Positions 13,469 through 26,329 of a DNA stretch of 64,000 nucleotides are shown here, piece after piece. This DNA comes from Octopus vulgaris (taxonomy: Eukaryota). The stretch lies in contig OX597816.1 in the NCBI GenBank assembly GCA_951406725.2, positions 109,244,001 through 109,308,000 of the forward strand, in the 5' to 3' direction. A model generated the notes under the pieces. The model did no database searches. It was not told the DNA's origin and saw only the letters and a program-made list of their open reading frames with translations. Numbering within the stretch: the first letter of the stretch is position 1; each line of letters opens with the position of its first letter. The translations under genes were made by a program, and so were the position numbers.

Positions 13469-14063
13469 AAACAATAATAAATCTCTGAACAAGATATAAA
13501 CAGTAACCGCTCGACAACGTAAGGGGTATCAGCCATCTGAATGTGGCTAGCCACTGGGGTGGTGGTGTTACTGATGCTTTTAGCCCCAGGCGTTCAACGT
13601 CACCAGAAGGACTTTAGACACTATCTCAGTGTCCTTGTGTTACTTGCAAAGGGAGGTCATCCTACCCCCCCAGTGGCTAGCCACATTCAGATGGCTGATA
13701 CCACTTACATTGTCGGGCGGTTACTGTTTATATCTCGTTCAGAGATTTATTATTGTTTTCGGACAGTTTTTCTACATCAGTGACAGTGGTTACTGTGAAA
13801 AACATTATATATTACTTGCGAGGGGATTCCTTCATCGAAGACCAGTGCTTACCATGCGTTGACGAGAGGCAATTACCTTGAAACTATAGTCCGTATGTAG
13901 TACTCGGGTCTTCGAGGGAGGATGACCTCCCTTTGCAAGTAACACAAGGACACTGAGATAGTGTCTAAAGTCCTTCTGGTGACGTTGATCGCCTGGGGCT
14001 AAAAGCATCAGTAACCCCCCCCCCAGTGGCTAGCCACATTCAGATGGCTGATACCCCTTACGT
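13469..14063 (+). mobile_element. Retrozyme-like hammerhead element: 353-bp unit with terminal redundancy and a 5' inverted segment
   Basis: 12-bp TSD TATATATAGACA (13457-13468, 14064-14075); direct repeat CAGTGGCTAGCCACATTCAGATGG at 13671 and 14024; 13468-13663 is the reverse complement of the unit junction; internal hammerhead. Confidence 0.8.
13835..13915 (+). ncRNA. Type I hammerhead ribozyme with extended stem I
   Basis: Stem I CATGCG(13853-58)/CGTATG(13892-97), extended by AGTGCT/AGTACT and TCGAAGACC/GGTCTTCGA; core TTGACGA 13859-65 (C3U); stem II GAGG/CCTT; GAAA 13880-83; stem III CTATAG; GUC site ending 13891. Confidence 0.8.
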
Positions 14064-14125
14064 TATATATAGACAGTAGTAGAGTAAAGGAATAACAACA
14101 AAAGCGAAAATGTTAATAATGATAA

Positions 14126-14330
14126 TCCTTTTTTATTTTGGCACAAGGACAGCAGCTTTGAGGGCTGCGGAAGTCGATTACATCGACACCGGTGCACAAG
14201 TAGTACTTCTTTTATCGAAAGGCTAAAAGGCAAAGTCGACTACGGCGAAGTTTGAACTCAGAACATAGAGACAGACAAAATAGCGCTGAGCGTTCTGTCT
14301 GACGTGCGAACAATTCTGCCACTCACCGCC
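14126..14330 (-). mobile_element. Degenerate SINE family B copy
   Basis: AAAGGCAAAGTCGAC..GGCG..TTTGAACTCAGAAC motif. Confidence 0.7.
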
Positions 14331-14389
14331 TGGATAACAACAACAACAAGAACAACAAGAACAAGAACAACAAGAACAAGAACAACAAG

Positions 14390-14420
<31 letters not shown>

Positions 14421-14472
14421 GCAGTAGCAGCAGCAGCAGCAACAACAACAACAACAACAATGTTAATAATAA

Positions 14473-15010
14473 ATGCCCTGATGCAGTACCAGGCAGTGGC
14501 TCTCATGGCTTCTGATCTTAACTGATTGGAAGTGTTATGTACATTGTTTTGTCTTGGTATAAAAGAAGGGCTACAGCAAATATTCTGCTCAATACCACAG
14601 ATCTGCTTGTTAGTTGTTTGACCATAACCAGTTGAGCATGTCTCTTAGTGGCTGACGATATGTGCATCTCTGATCACGAGCAGAAGTAGTGGGGTAGCAT
14701 CATAGCCATGTGTTGAGAGGGATTCTTTGGGGTTTGAATAATTGACCTCTGGAAACATGAGTGTTTCGTTCAACATCCTTAAACAACTCTTATTCAGGGA
14801 CCTTTTGAGCGGGATGGGCTACTCGACCAGTAGAAGATTCTAACTGGGCCCCATCTGCAAGGTCATGTGCTGTTTATCTTGATATGAGATCACCATGTCG
14901 CACACATGGTTGTGATGCATGTGCCTGGTGTACCCTTATCAGGCGAGTAGTCATGATGGGTATACTGGGCTTCGTATATTTGTACCCCAGTGTCACTGCT
15001 CTCTCACTCA
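14473..15010 (+). mobile_element. ~540-bp non-coding repeat family C inserted in (AAT)n/(AAC)n
   Basis: Near-identical copies at 40584-41012 and 58096-58588; begins ATGCCCTGATGCAGTACC, ends CTCTCTCACTCA before an (AAT)n-type tail. Confidence 0.85.
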
Positions 15011-15028
15011 ATGATGATGATGATAATG

Positions 15029-15077
<49 letters not shown>

Positions 15078-15619
15078 TAATAATAATAATAACAACAATA
15101 ATATCAATAATAATTTAATAATGATAAATCAATCACCAGCAGTATGAGTTAAAGTTGCTAGCTTTGCATTCTAACAACACCAACTAGTAGATGGATGTAA
15201 AAATGTGCAAATTTCATGGTGTTCTTAATTGTCTGTCTACTAAACAGAGGAAACTGAACATTTAATCTATTAGTTTTCATCAGGTTTTACAAGTATTCTT
15301 CCCGCCATATTTAGGAATATCGGTTCTTTTCTGTGATAAAGTTTTACAAATCTAAATGCAATAGAAAATGTTAATGGGTTCTTTAATGTATAGTTAAAGG
15401 AAATTACTTATTAAACTTACTGAAATATGCGCTAAAAGTTCAATAAAATAGCGGAATACCCTAATTGATTTTATTGTGATGAAAATTATAATTAATGTGA
15501 GACCTGTGATTGTTTCCGTTCCGTTACGTTTTGGCTACATGGAGGAGTAACTGAAAGGCAATAGTGCAGGTAATTTTTAACTTCCAATCCACTTTGTTGT
15601 TTCGTTTTCATTTACAACA

Positions 15620-16130
15620 GAGTTGAAAAACTTGGATGCAATTGGAAATAAAGCATATCATATTCATTCTGCCACTTTTGAAAGAATTGTATTTCAGGGG
15701 CCAAAATCCTGTCATTGATTTCTCATCGAACATATCTTTTACTCCTGGATCATTTATCATCTCTAGAAATTACTTTGAGAATCGTCGGTAATTTTTCAAA
15801 TGAAAATTTCAATGGATTTAGTGCGAAATCCAATTCCTCATTTCTGAGTTCAGAAAAATATCGCCTCAAATCATTTTGTAGTGCTGTCAAGTACTACAAA
15901 AACTTCATCTTTTGCAAATCCTGGAATCACGTGGTCTTCATCCCGAACAACAAGAATTCATGAAAACTTCTCAAACATTGAATCCGTTTGGATTCTTTAT
16001 TTTTCAGTTTGACAAAGAAGGCTTTCAAGGAATCAATGAATTTTACATTTTTATTCCTTCTTTGCAACTAAAGATCCAGATTATTTCGTTACTCAAAGAT
16101 ATCAACCAAATATGCGCGATACATTCTATT
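15620..16130 (-). pseudogene. hAT (Buster/Charlie-like) transposase relic
   Basis: Minus-strand remnants AYLVDIFE*RNNLDL*LQRRN..FIDSLKAF and LQNDLRRYFSELRNEELDFALNPLKF resemble the Buster-family LAYLxDIFxxLNxLNLxLQG and FxRYFP..NPF motifs. Confidence 0.6.
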
Positions 16131-18109
16131 CCGCATCATTCAGCTTGGCAAAGTAGTGTATGTTACTCTGGAATTAAGAATAATAATCTGAACTCATCTT
16201 TAAGCTCAAATATACATTGCTACATTTCCTCTTGAAAGTGACCGAACAATAGTGTGGAAAACATGTGAATGATAAACTACATCTATATAAGTTGTAACCA
16301 TTTGAAAAGTCATTTTGAGAGTCCTTACATTGAAAAAAATTGATAATTTGAATCGTTTGATTCAAAATTTCTAGTCAAACTAGAAGTGTGTGTGAAGTCA
16401 CAGACATTTGGTGAATGCCTTAATTCTAGAGTCACATTTTTTTTACTCACATTTGAATTTTATATTTTGTTCGCGTAAATACCAGGTCATTAGAACATCT
16501 TGCCACAGAAGCAGATTCTTGAAGTTTAATACCCGATCTTATTTGGAACAGTACTATTTAGTAGTGAAACTGCTTCAAGTTTTCTCTCCTCATTTTCTAA
16601 CACAGTTTATTATATTTTGAAGAGGGCAAATTAGCAGAGTTAGGACAGTGAATGGAATGTCTTGCGATATTTGCTCTGATTCCCAGCGCCCTAGGCGATG
16701 TATTAGCTTATGTGTTCTAACGTCGGACTGAATGAGTTGCTATATTTGTCCAGGTCCTTTGCGTTCTGAGCTGAAATCCCGCCTAAACCTATATAGGTGA
16801 TGATAAACTTAATATGCTTTCCAGTTTGACACACTCACTTGACAATTTAAGGTCTCCCTAAGCGGAATCCTGTCTGTTGCAAGTATTGTGTCCAAATTTT
16901 CAGTTTGAGAAAAATAATTTCCTCTCTGCCTCTCACAAATCTTGGAGGTTCTGTAACGTGTCATGGGTACTGCTTTCAGATCTGGTTCTCTGTGCTGATA
17001 GTAATGTCCGCGACAACACTGATACCAAGTTGTATCAGTGGCATTTCCTTTGGATAACATCGGTGACAGGGAGAGGGAGAGATTGCATGCATGACAACTG
17101 CTAGTCTTCCTCAAAATATCTTTCCCAGGCCTGCATATACATGCGCAGATACATAAACAACCTCTGCCAACGGAAGCTCCATCTTTTCAATATTTTGAAA
17201 ACTCAATGTTTGATCAGGGCCTATCCAATTGTATGCATTTTTTTATTTGTGCTACGAGGGTGTTACAACAGAAGTTCAATAACGTTTTGTTTTATTTCTT
17301 GGAATAGCTGTTTTGAGGGCAGCTTCATCTTTCCACGATGTTCAAAGGGACTCTTGTTCCTGTCCTTGCGTTGAAGATAAATATTTTGTAACTTAAAACT
17401 TTGTTGGCTTCATTGAGTCAGCTAAGCTTTGTTACAACTAATACATTGAGTCTTTTCTTCTCTTCTGACAATGATAAATATGAATCCATATTGAAAATAT
17501 TAAACCTTGTTCTTTCTTTCTTTTGACTTAAAAATACTAAAACAAGTATAGAATGTTTCCAGAAATATAAAGACGTAATATTTATAATTACTTTTAATTT
17601 AATCTGCGATATTCAATGAATTTTATTGATTAAAGGATATGCAAACTACAAAAGGATATACAAATTACAGTATCCAATATATCCTTACTGCTTCAGTATC
17701 ATACTGTGTGACTAGAGTGAGATATAGATGCTATTCTTAGCAGTTTATCGACCTTATAATAGCTTTCTTCCCAATTAGCATGAAAGTATATAAGACTGCT
17801 GTTGTGCAAAAATGATGCGTTACTAGATTGTCATTGTTTCTCCTGTCATTAACCACTTAGCCATAAAGTTTGAAGAGTTAACTAAGTGTAGAGTTTTATA
17901 TTAGGAATTAAGGAACTATCCATTCTCAAACCCCCACCTACCAGAATTTATGTACGAGTACGCCAATATGTACGTTCGTGCACAACTATACGTGCATAAA
18001 ATTCTGAGGCCAATAGTGTGAATCAACTCATTTCTAATAAATCTATTAGACTATTCAATATAATAACTTTTCTAAGCATTTTGAGGATCTTTATGGACCG
18101 CTCGCTGTT

Positions 18110-18725
18110 AACAATACAGCACCTTTCTAAAAGATAAAAAAAAACCACGTCGCGACTTTCTATGTCGATTGCTGGCTCTTGAACTTAACTTTTTAGACCT
18201 TGGGGAAGAAGTATAACGCCATTCCATGAACTTAGCATTTGTTTTCAGATTATAAAGATATGCCCAAGATTCATCTCTTGTCACTAGGTAGGAAAAATAC
18301 GTGTCTTCATCGACTTCAAAAGCTTCCAACAAATCTGTACATACTTCTACTTTTCTCACCCACCGACCAGGTGTCACATGTGGCACATACTTCCTAATAC
18401 CTAAATTCTTCCACCACCTTCTCTAATGCACTGTGACCACAGTACAGTTGTGCAACAAGCTCATGGAATGTGAATCATCTGTCTATGCAAATAATTTCAT
18501 CCACTTGCTGGTGATTCGTGTCAATGGTCACAGTTGTGGATCTCCCGCTTCGTGGTATGTCTTCAATGCTGGTTTCCTTTTCTTTAAACTTCAGCTGCTG
18601 CCCATTGCCAACGACAATGCTGTCATCTTCGTAAACAGCCTATAGACATCTGTGAATGTCGGACAGCTTTCACCTCGCCTTCGTCAAAAGATGAATGATG
18701 GCACGCTGTTTCTGCTCGGAAGTCA
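18110..18725 (-). pseudogene. Mariner transposase relic
   Basis: N-terminal MTSEQKQRAIIHLL..DIHRCL*AVYED and catalytic-domain remnant LVTRDESWAYLYNLKT..MEW..SPRSKK, equivalent to VTGDESWxYxYDPETKxQSMEW..SPxPKK. Confidence 0.8.
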
Positions 18726-19191
18726 TTATTTGTCTGCAATGAGAAAGGACATGAAGAAGAGTTACGAGGAAGCATTGTTTCTGTTCACATGTGCCATTTG
18801 AACGACCTATGTCAGATAATATAGTTCTGCGTATTTTTGCATAATCGTCGGTACAACCCGCATGCATGTGCGTGTTGTGTATGTGCATATGTGTGTGTGT
18901 GTGTGCGTGTGTGTTTGTATGTATGTGTGAATGAGCATTTGTGTGTGTGTGAGTATTTGTGCGTGTGTGTGGATGTGTGGTGAACAGGACTTATTTGCAG
19001 TCAAATGTGGTTTATAGCAATGCAAGAAATTCCTATAAACTAAAGAACAAAATATCAAAAATGGAATAAATGTCAGAAAAATATAACAAACATGAAGAAG
19101 AGTTACTGTAGGGAAACAGCGTCTATATCAATATGTGCAATTTGAAAGACCTATGTCTGTTAATAAAAAAGTTTTGCCCATCTTTGCTTTA

Positions 19192-19273
<82 letters not shown>

Positions 19274-21085
19274 GTTTATTTATATGTATGTGTGTATATA
19301 TATGTTCATACATATACATGTATGTATGCATGTATGTAGGTATGTATGTATGCATGTATATATGCATTGTGAGTATGGCTTCTTTGCAGTTAAATGTGGT
19401 TTTTACAGCATTGCAAGAAATTGATATAAACTAAATAACAAGAACTCAAAAATATAAAATAAATGTCAGAATAATATAACAGACAAAGCGGGTTTTGTTA
19501 CTGCTTTAGGTTTTAATGTTTAACGGTATTGATGGATGAGGTGACAAAGATTGATGGCGAAGCAGAAAGATAAATAGTTGGATGGAGAGATATTAAAATT
19601 AAGCTAAATTAAATTAACTATGAAATAACTGCAGACTGTGGTTTGTTCTGGATAATTTGTTATTGTTGAATTGTAAGCGCTTTCTGATTTTATAATCCAC
19701 CATCAGACGTACATCGATAACTAGGAGCCAGACAGTGATATTGCTCGTAGAAGCTGTATATGTGCTTCCATGCATTTATTGTAATATATAATAAAATATA
19801 TGATATATTATATGAATGGATCTACGTAGATTTCGACAGCGAGTGTTCAATTGCTGATCAACTGAATTTGCTGGTTATTGAATTAAGTGAAGTTTCGTTA
19901 GACACATGTACTCCTACGATAATACTCAGGACAAATCGACGTGAGACAGTGTGTGGCAAAACTGTAATTTTGAAGTGTAAGTACAATCTCTGTGAAATGC
20001 TTCCATACGGTTTCTATGTATTTTCATTCACAGAGTACGGATCATCTTGAGAGTAAAGAAAATTATATATATATATACCCAAGATGCCACATACTGGGAT
20101 CGAACCAGTAATGTCGTGGTTGCGAAGCGAACTCCTTTACTATTCGACTATACTGTGATTATATATACATACATATATATATATACATGAATATATATAT
20201 ATATATATATATATTACACACATAGAGACACACGCATACACACACACATTAAATACTACATATTCATAGATGTATATTATACACACAGACATACACCACA
20301 CACACACACATGCACATGCACTTATATGCAAGTTTATATTTACAAATAAAACGTGCAGTCTGTACATGATATAAAGTATTTATATATTGAGAATTAGTTT
20401 GTGATTCACTTCGTTTCTACTCAGAGTTTCCCATATTCAATGTATATTTCCGATCGGCCAGGTAATGGGATGTTTGAAGTCTTTGGCATTTACATACATG
20501 CACACATATTTACATACATGCATAGATTTATAATCATATATATTTATGCATACACATATTGACACGTAAACAAGCGTACACACGTGTTCTCATACAAACA
20601 CATATGTATTACATTTATGCATACACATACATATATAAGACAAATCATTTATAAATTGATTAGAATAATTATCATAGTCGTAAATACAGACGTGATTGCA
20701 TACAAAACTATGCGCATGCGCACATGTGTTTATACGCATTCGTTATTTTAATAGAAAAAATTATGAAAGCGTGATATTTTGCAAAAAACAAAACAAAACA
20801 AAGCAAAAATAAACAAAACAAAACTAAAACTAAAAACAAAAACAAAATACAGTTAATATAAGCTTCAAAAACTCTTTAATACACATGAGTAACGCAGTTA
20901 ATTGCTTTGAGAGGACAGAAACATTGAGAGCACTGAACAGTTCAGAGAATAAATAGCGAAGCAAAACAGTGACTATGATGTCTCTAGGGTCTGCAGCTAT
21001 TATAAGTTGTGTCCGCTATTATTATTGTTGATCTTGTTATGATTGTTATGATTATTACAGTTGCTGTTGTTGAGGTCATATATGT

Positions 21086-21127
<42 letters not shown>

Positions 21128-22347
21128 ATAGTAGTGATGGTGATCATGAATGAACGACTTTACTGTTTTTGTTTTCGTAGTTGTTCTTTAGTCCGAAGTC
21201 AACTCTCAGTGAGCTGATCTATGACCAAAACGGTTCCAGCCATGACCTACTCGTAATCTTTTTTCCAGGATCTTTTATGATAAAAAAAATGTCTTCCCCT
21301 AGCCATCCGTCATTTTACAATGTGACATTCCAGTTTTTAAGACAGCGCAGTGTAATTTGAGGAAATTTGGCTGTTATTTCTAGAAAGTCAAACAACCAAA
21401 TAAAGGCTTCCATACTGGTTCGTGATAATGGTGTATTGCTCTCAGTTGCAGAGATGTTGTTATTAATGTTGTTGCTGGTTTTTTTCTTCTGCTTTATGCG
21501 GTAACACTGTAGTGGTTATAGTATCAGTGACTTCATTTAAGTAAGATCAGAAGAATTCCAGTCATGAACATGCCGTCTCTCTTGTGGGAATCTGGGGCTG
21601 TATTTATCTAATGTGTCCTTCACGCATTAAGGAAACATGCTGCAATTTGAAGGAAATTTGACTGGTATTTTCTAACTAGTTAAAGAACTATGTTAAATGG
21701 CCAGGCATTTCGTCTCCAGTGGTTGTGTTAATTGTTTTGTAATTTAGACACAAAGTCAGTAATTTTGAGGAGACTAGATAAGACGATACCACCAACCCCA
21801 GCACTTGACCGGTACTTGATTTTTATTGAACCTAGACGAATAAAATGGATGTTGATTTCTGCGAGGTTTGAACTCAGACCGTAAAGATCCGGAAGATCTA
21901 TCTCAAAGCATTTTGTCCGAACGATTTAGCCAATGTACCTTATAGTGACAGTCAACAAAAATTACAAATAATACAGGTCTATCAGTGGTGCAGTCATGGT
22001 TACAGGAATTTGTAACCATTCAGATAACATGTTTGAAGCAGACCATCGTTCAAATTACAAACTGCAGTGTCGTCTGTCACCGTTAATAATATGCACTTCT
22101 CTGCCATTATATTATTACAAGTGTGAATAGTTAGATATCTAGTCATATGAGTTAATAGTCATATGAGTAAATAATGATCGGTTTATTAATGTTATTTATT
22201 TTGTCATATTCTGAACGATGAAAAGCAATATCGGCCCCAAAGGAAAAATCTTTTTCGGTTAGCCTAACAGGAGAATATTACTTATCAATAGTTAAAAGGG
22301 AAGTCACTTTCTCTTTCTCTGTCTCTGTCTGTTACTCTCCTCTCTCT

Positions 22348-22394
<47 letters not shown>

Positions 22395-22554
22395 TGTGTG
22401 TGTGTGTGTGTATATGTGTATACACATACATACAAACATATATATATATATATATATAACATATATATATCTATACATATATACATAACACACACATACA
22501 CACATACACGGACACTTTCATACATATGCATACACTTACATATTAAATATTAAT

Positions 22555-23240
22555 AGCATTTTACTTTAATAGTCTATAGTACGAATGTTTAGGGGAAATG
22601 TGTTCTTAGTAAAATGAAGCTTTTGCTGAAACATATAGTTACATTAATATTGTATAGAGGTGGAACATGAGATATTTTTTCTGTTTGTCAGTTTGTGGTT
22701 TAGAGTTGGTTTCTGTGTAAGAGATTTTGTTCTTTATAATTACTTCAAGTGCATCATCGTTGTAAGATTCTGCGTCGGTCTATATTTGTCTATCATCAGA
22801 AAGGCATGATAGTCTTTGGGAGTTGTTTGCGGATTGATTGTTTTCCTAGATTGGTTGGAATTAATGGGTATGTAGTTTAGTGAATTGTTAGGTTTGTAAT
22901 ATTGTTGGTATGGAGATTTTGTGAGATTTCCAAGTGCTAAAATGTTAGTTTCAGCGAGGTTTTGTTATTGTGTAGCCCCAAGCTTTTAAAGAAATTGCAC
23001 ATGTTCTTCGGGAACTTTTTAGTATGTTACGAATTGCAGTTACAAAGGATTAGGAGTCAGTCATGCCTATATGTGTCCGTCAACCAATGAAAATGTGTTT
23101 TTCATATTGTGCAGGGATAAACCCGAAGTGGTCGTTAACCAAAGCTAATTCGTTAGCTTCCATGACAATGTTAAAGGACGTGTTTATTTATTCAGATCGA
23201 TTTGTTGTAGTCGATAAAGTTTTCCGGGCTTATAAAATAT
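22555..23240 (-). pseudogene. Penelope-like (Penelope/Poseidon) reverse transcriptase C-terminal relic
   Basis: Frameshifted minus-strand remnants FFKSLGL, PYQQYYKPNNSLNYIPINSN, QLPKTI, DALE, PLYNINV, THFP, TIKV resemble PLE motifs YxPYRKPNN..YIH..SNHP..QLP..I and NPPYS..V..KHFP..TVKVSY. Confidence 0.65.
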
Positions 23241-25333
23241 GCAATTGTAGCAACATCAAACGCATTGTCGAGTGAACCTAATTACAAATGTCTAACGAAA
23301 CTTTTGTGTGCAAAACAAAAATCGTAAGTACAGGCTTCATTATATACCAAATATATAGAGCATACTCATTTAATTAGAACTAGAGCTAGAATTACCTCCA
23401 ATTTTCATAGTCCCTCTACTTGGATGTTTCTTTGATAGTGGGGCAACTCAGTATATTACTCTGATTTTCTAAACCTTTCCCTCTCATTATATTTATTTAA
23501 TCAAATTCTGTTATGCATACTGATATTACCCTTATACATCTTGAAGAGATGATTGGTAAAACTTTTATTAATATTGTATGGATTTACATAATTTTTAATT
23601 TGTATAATCTAGCCGGTTAATTAATGTAACAATTCCATTAATTATCGTAATTAATTCCATTGTTTATCGTAACTGATTAATAAATGTAATACCATAATCT
23701 TCACTCCGTTGTTTGCTTAATTTTATACTCTGTGACGGATGCTCCTATAATATGATGCACCTCATAATTGGTACAGTTCCTTGCATTTACAGTTTCTATG
23801 GCATGTTTTTCCTAATCTAACTGAATACTGATTCTAATTTCCCTTCTCTTAGCCTGGATTTCGCATGGAGTGCTGACTGAGGCACTTGTTTAGATATCTT
23901 AAACGCCGATATAAGAAGATGAGTATGAAGATACATACATAGATGCATACATTCACACTTATGCATACATATACTCATATTATGAGAGATTTTTGGGAAA
24001 GTACGTATGTGTGAGCGTGAGAGTGATTAAAGGAAGACTGAAAAAGAAGAAAAACAGAGTTTGATGTGACAAATTTAGTACGTTTCTGAACTTAACACTA
24101 ATATTCCGACTAAACTAATATTTTTACTCTCTCTACATCTTTTCATGACTCATCCGGACCTCGAACTTGGGGTATTTTTGTGTTTGTATTATTCTGGAGT
24201 GGATCTAGATCTTCCTACAAAATTTTGGTAAAGCTTCGTCGACAAATGGGATGGTACAAGATAGAGACAAACAACCATATATTGTTCGTTAACCATATTC
24301 ACATGCTTGATTTCTAAAGCTTTATTGTGCTGCTTTTAGCCAGCACCAGTTTGAAAAAATCACGGTATAAATCATAGCTTCAGTGTTTATATTACTGATT
24401 CTCAGATATGTTTATCACCAGTCAGGAATATTACTCAATGCATAAGGTATGAAACTAAGTGCAGTAAAGCAACTAGACCAATTCATTTTCATTTGAAAAC
24501 AGTTCAACAGCTTTTAAATGTGATATGGCAGCATATAATATAATAAGATATGAGGCTATAACAAAACAAATGAAACTGCAGGAAACTTGTACAGATTTAT
24601 CAGATGTTATACAAGACGTAGCCATTAGAAAAAATGTCAACAAAGGAATGAAATAATTATCTTTCCGTTGCTTCGTTACAAATCCAATGTCAGATTTTCT
24701 ATATGATGTATTCTCCCCAAAGCGCTACTTAGTCTCCAATGCCATGAATAAATGTTTTCTGATTGAAAGCAGAGTTTCCCTTAAGGAAAGTCAGTCGGAA
24801 GTTTAGCTTTCAAGTCATTAGTGAATTAGTTTCAGCACAAAATTTCACCGGTTTACGTGGAAACCGCTTCGAGATAGATTTAAATGCTATTCCTTGTCTT
24901 ACTAATTCCTCATCCTACGTGCGACATTTTCTAATGGCCAAATGTATATAGATGATTCTTTGTTGAATTTATAGCTTTGAAATGTCCGTCTAAGATGAAA
25001 GAAAAACGTATGGAAGCATGCATTTCCCTTTCTTCTTTTACTACTCCCCAATCTGGCCTCCGAGACTCACTCATTCAATCAATCGTTCGCCCTCTTTCAT
25101 ACTAACTATTCATTAATAAAAATATGGATGTTCAAACATATGCTTTTCGCTCTCCTTTTTCTTTTTCCTTACATTCTGTATTCATAATAATAGGTACAAA
25201 TGCATACACCACCACTTCATTTATGCACATATGTACATATACATCCATACATCCATACATATATATGTCATAATATATATAAACATATATTATATATATG
25301 CATACATATATATATTATAATATATATTGATTT

Positions 25334-25374
<41 letters not shown>

Positions 25375-25584
25375 CATACATACATGCACACACACACACA
25401 TATATATATACACAAATATATATACACATATTCATTCGTACCCCACCCCAACACATATGTTGACTTGCAATACTTCAAAGGCAACATTATTGACATTCAG
25501 TCTAACGAATTTCGGAGGGCCTGCAAAGATCATGAGATCTACTCATTTCTCCAGACTTAGCAAAATAGTATGCACGCACTCATG

Positions 25585-25616
<32 letters not shown>

Positions 25617-25940
25617 CACACACACGCACACTCTCTCTCTCTCTCTCACACACACACAAGAAGAGACATATGTGCACACACACATACACACATATACATA
25701 TAAATATTTGATGTATATGTACCCACATCTACATTTACTATCGTTACAGTTTTATTCACTGTCCCACAATGTTGCGCTGCATTAGGTGTTACTACACCTA
25801 GTACTACACCTTACGCTTTCTTGTCATCGGCTCCTTTTACACATGTCAGAGGTTCTTCAAGGAACCCACTTCTTGCTTTCGTTTACCTGCAACTCATTCG
25901 TTAGTAACCTATCATTTTCAACTCTAAACATTGATATATT

Positions 25941-26133
25941 CTTTTCTACTCTAGGTACAAGGCCCGAAAGTTTTGGGGAGGGGGCTAGTTGATTAGATCG
26001 ACACCAGTACGAAACTGGTACTTAATTTATCGACCCAGAAAGGATGAAAGGCAAAGTCGACCTCGGCAGAATTTGAACTCAGAACGTAAAGACAGACGAA
26101 ATACCGCTAAGCATTTATACCAGCTCGCCGTCT
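25941..26133 (-). mobile_element. SINE family B variant
   Basis: Family motifs; 18-bp TSD TCTAAACATTGATATATT (25923-25940, 26134-26151). Confidence 0.8.
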
Positions 26134-26329
26134 TCTAAACATTGATATATTAATACCATAAATTACCACTACTTCTCGTACAATTATCAATGTTATTGAT
26201 ATCATTCTGTATCATTAAAAGATCTTAACTACCTCTCATTGTTATCGTTAGTGTTGCAGTCTAGCTCAGGAAATTCTTGAATAGATCCATGATTAAAAAA
26301 ATCAGTCAGATACCATCACCGCGTCTTTT

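Noticed and set aside
13469-14063. DIRS-like ITR/ICR or MITE interpretation of the nested inverted repeats
   Set aside because: Segment order does not match an ICR complementary to the joined ends, and DIRS elements do not typically make 12-bp TSDs; a permuted unit plus inversion explains every segment
16809-17470. Minus-strand exon-like region with a GTGAGT donor and a 101-aa ORF
   Set aside because: Neighbouring frames contain stops and there is no recognisable protein similarity
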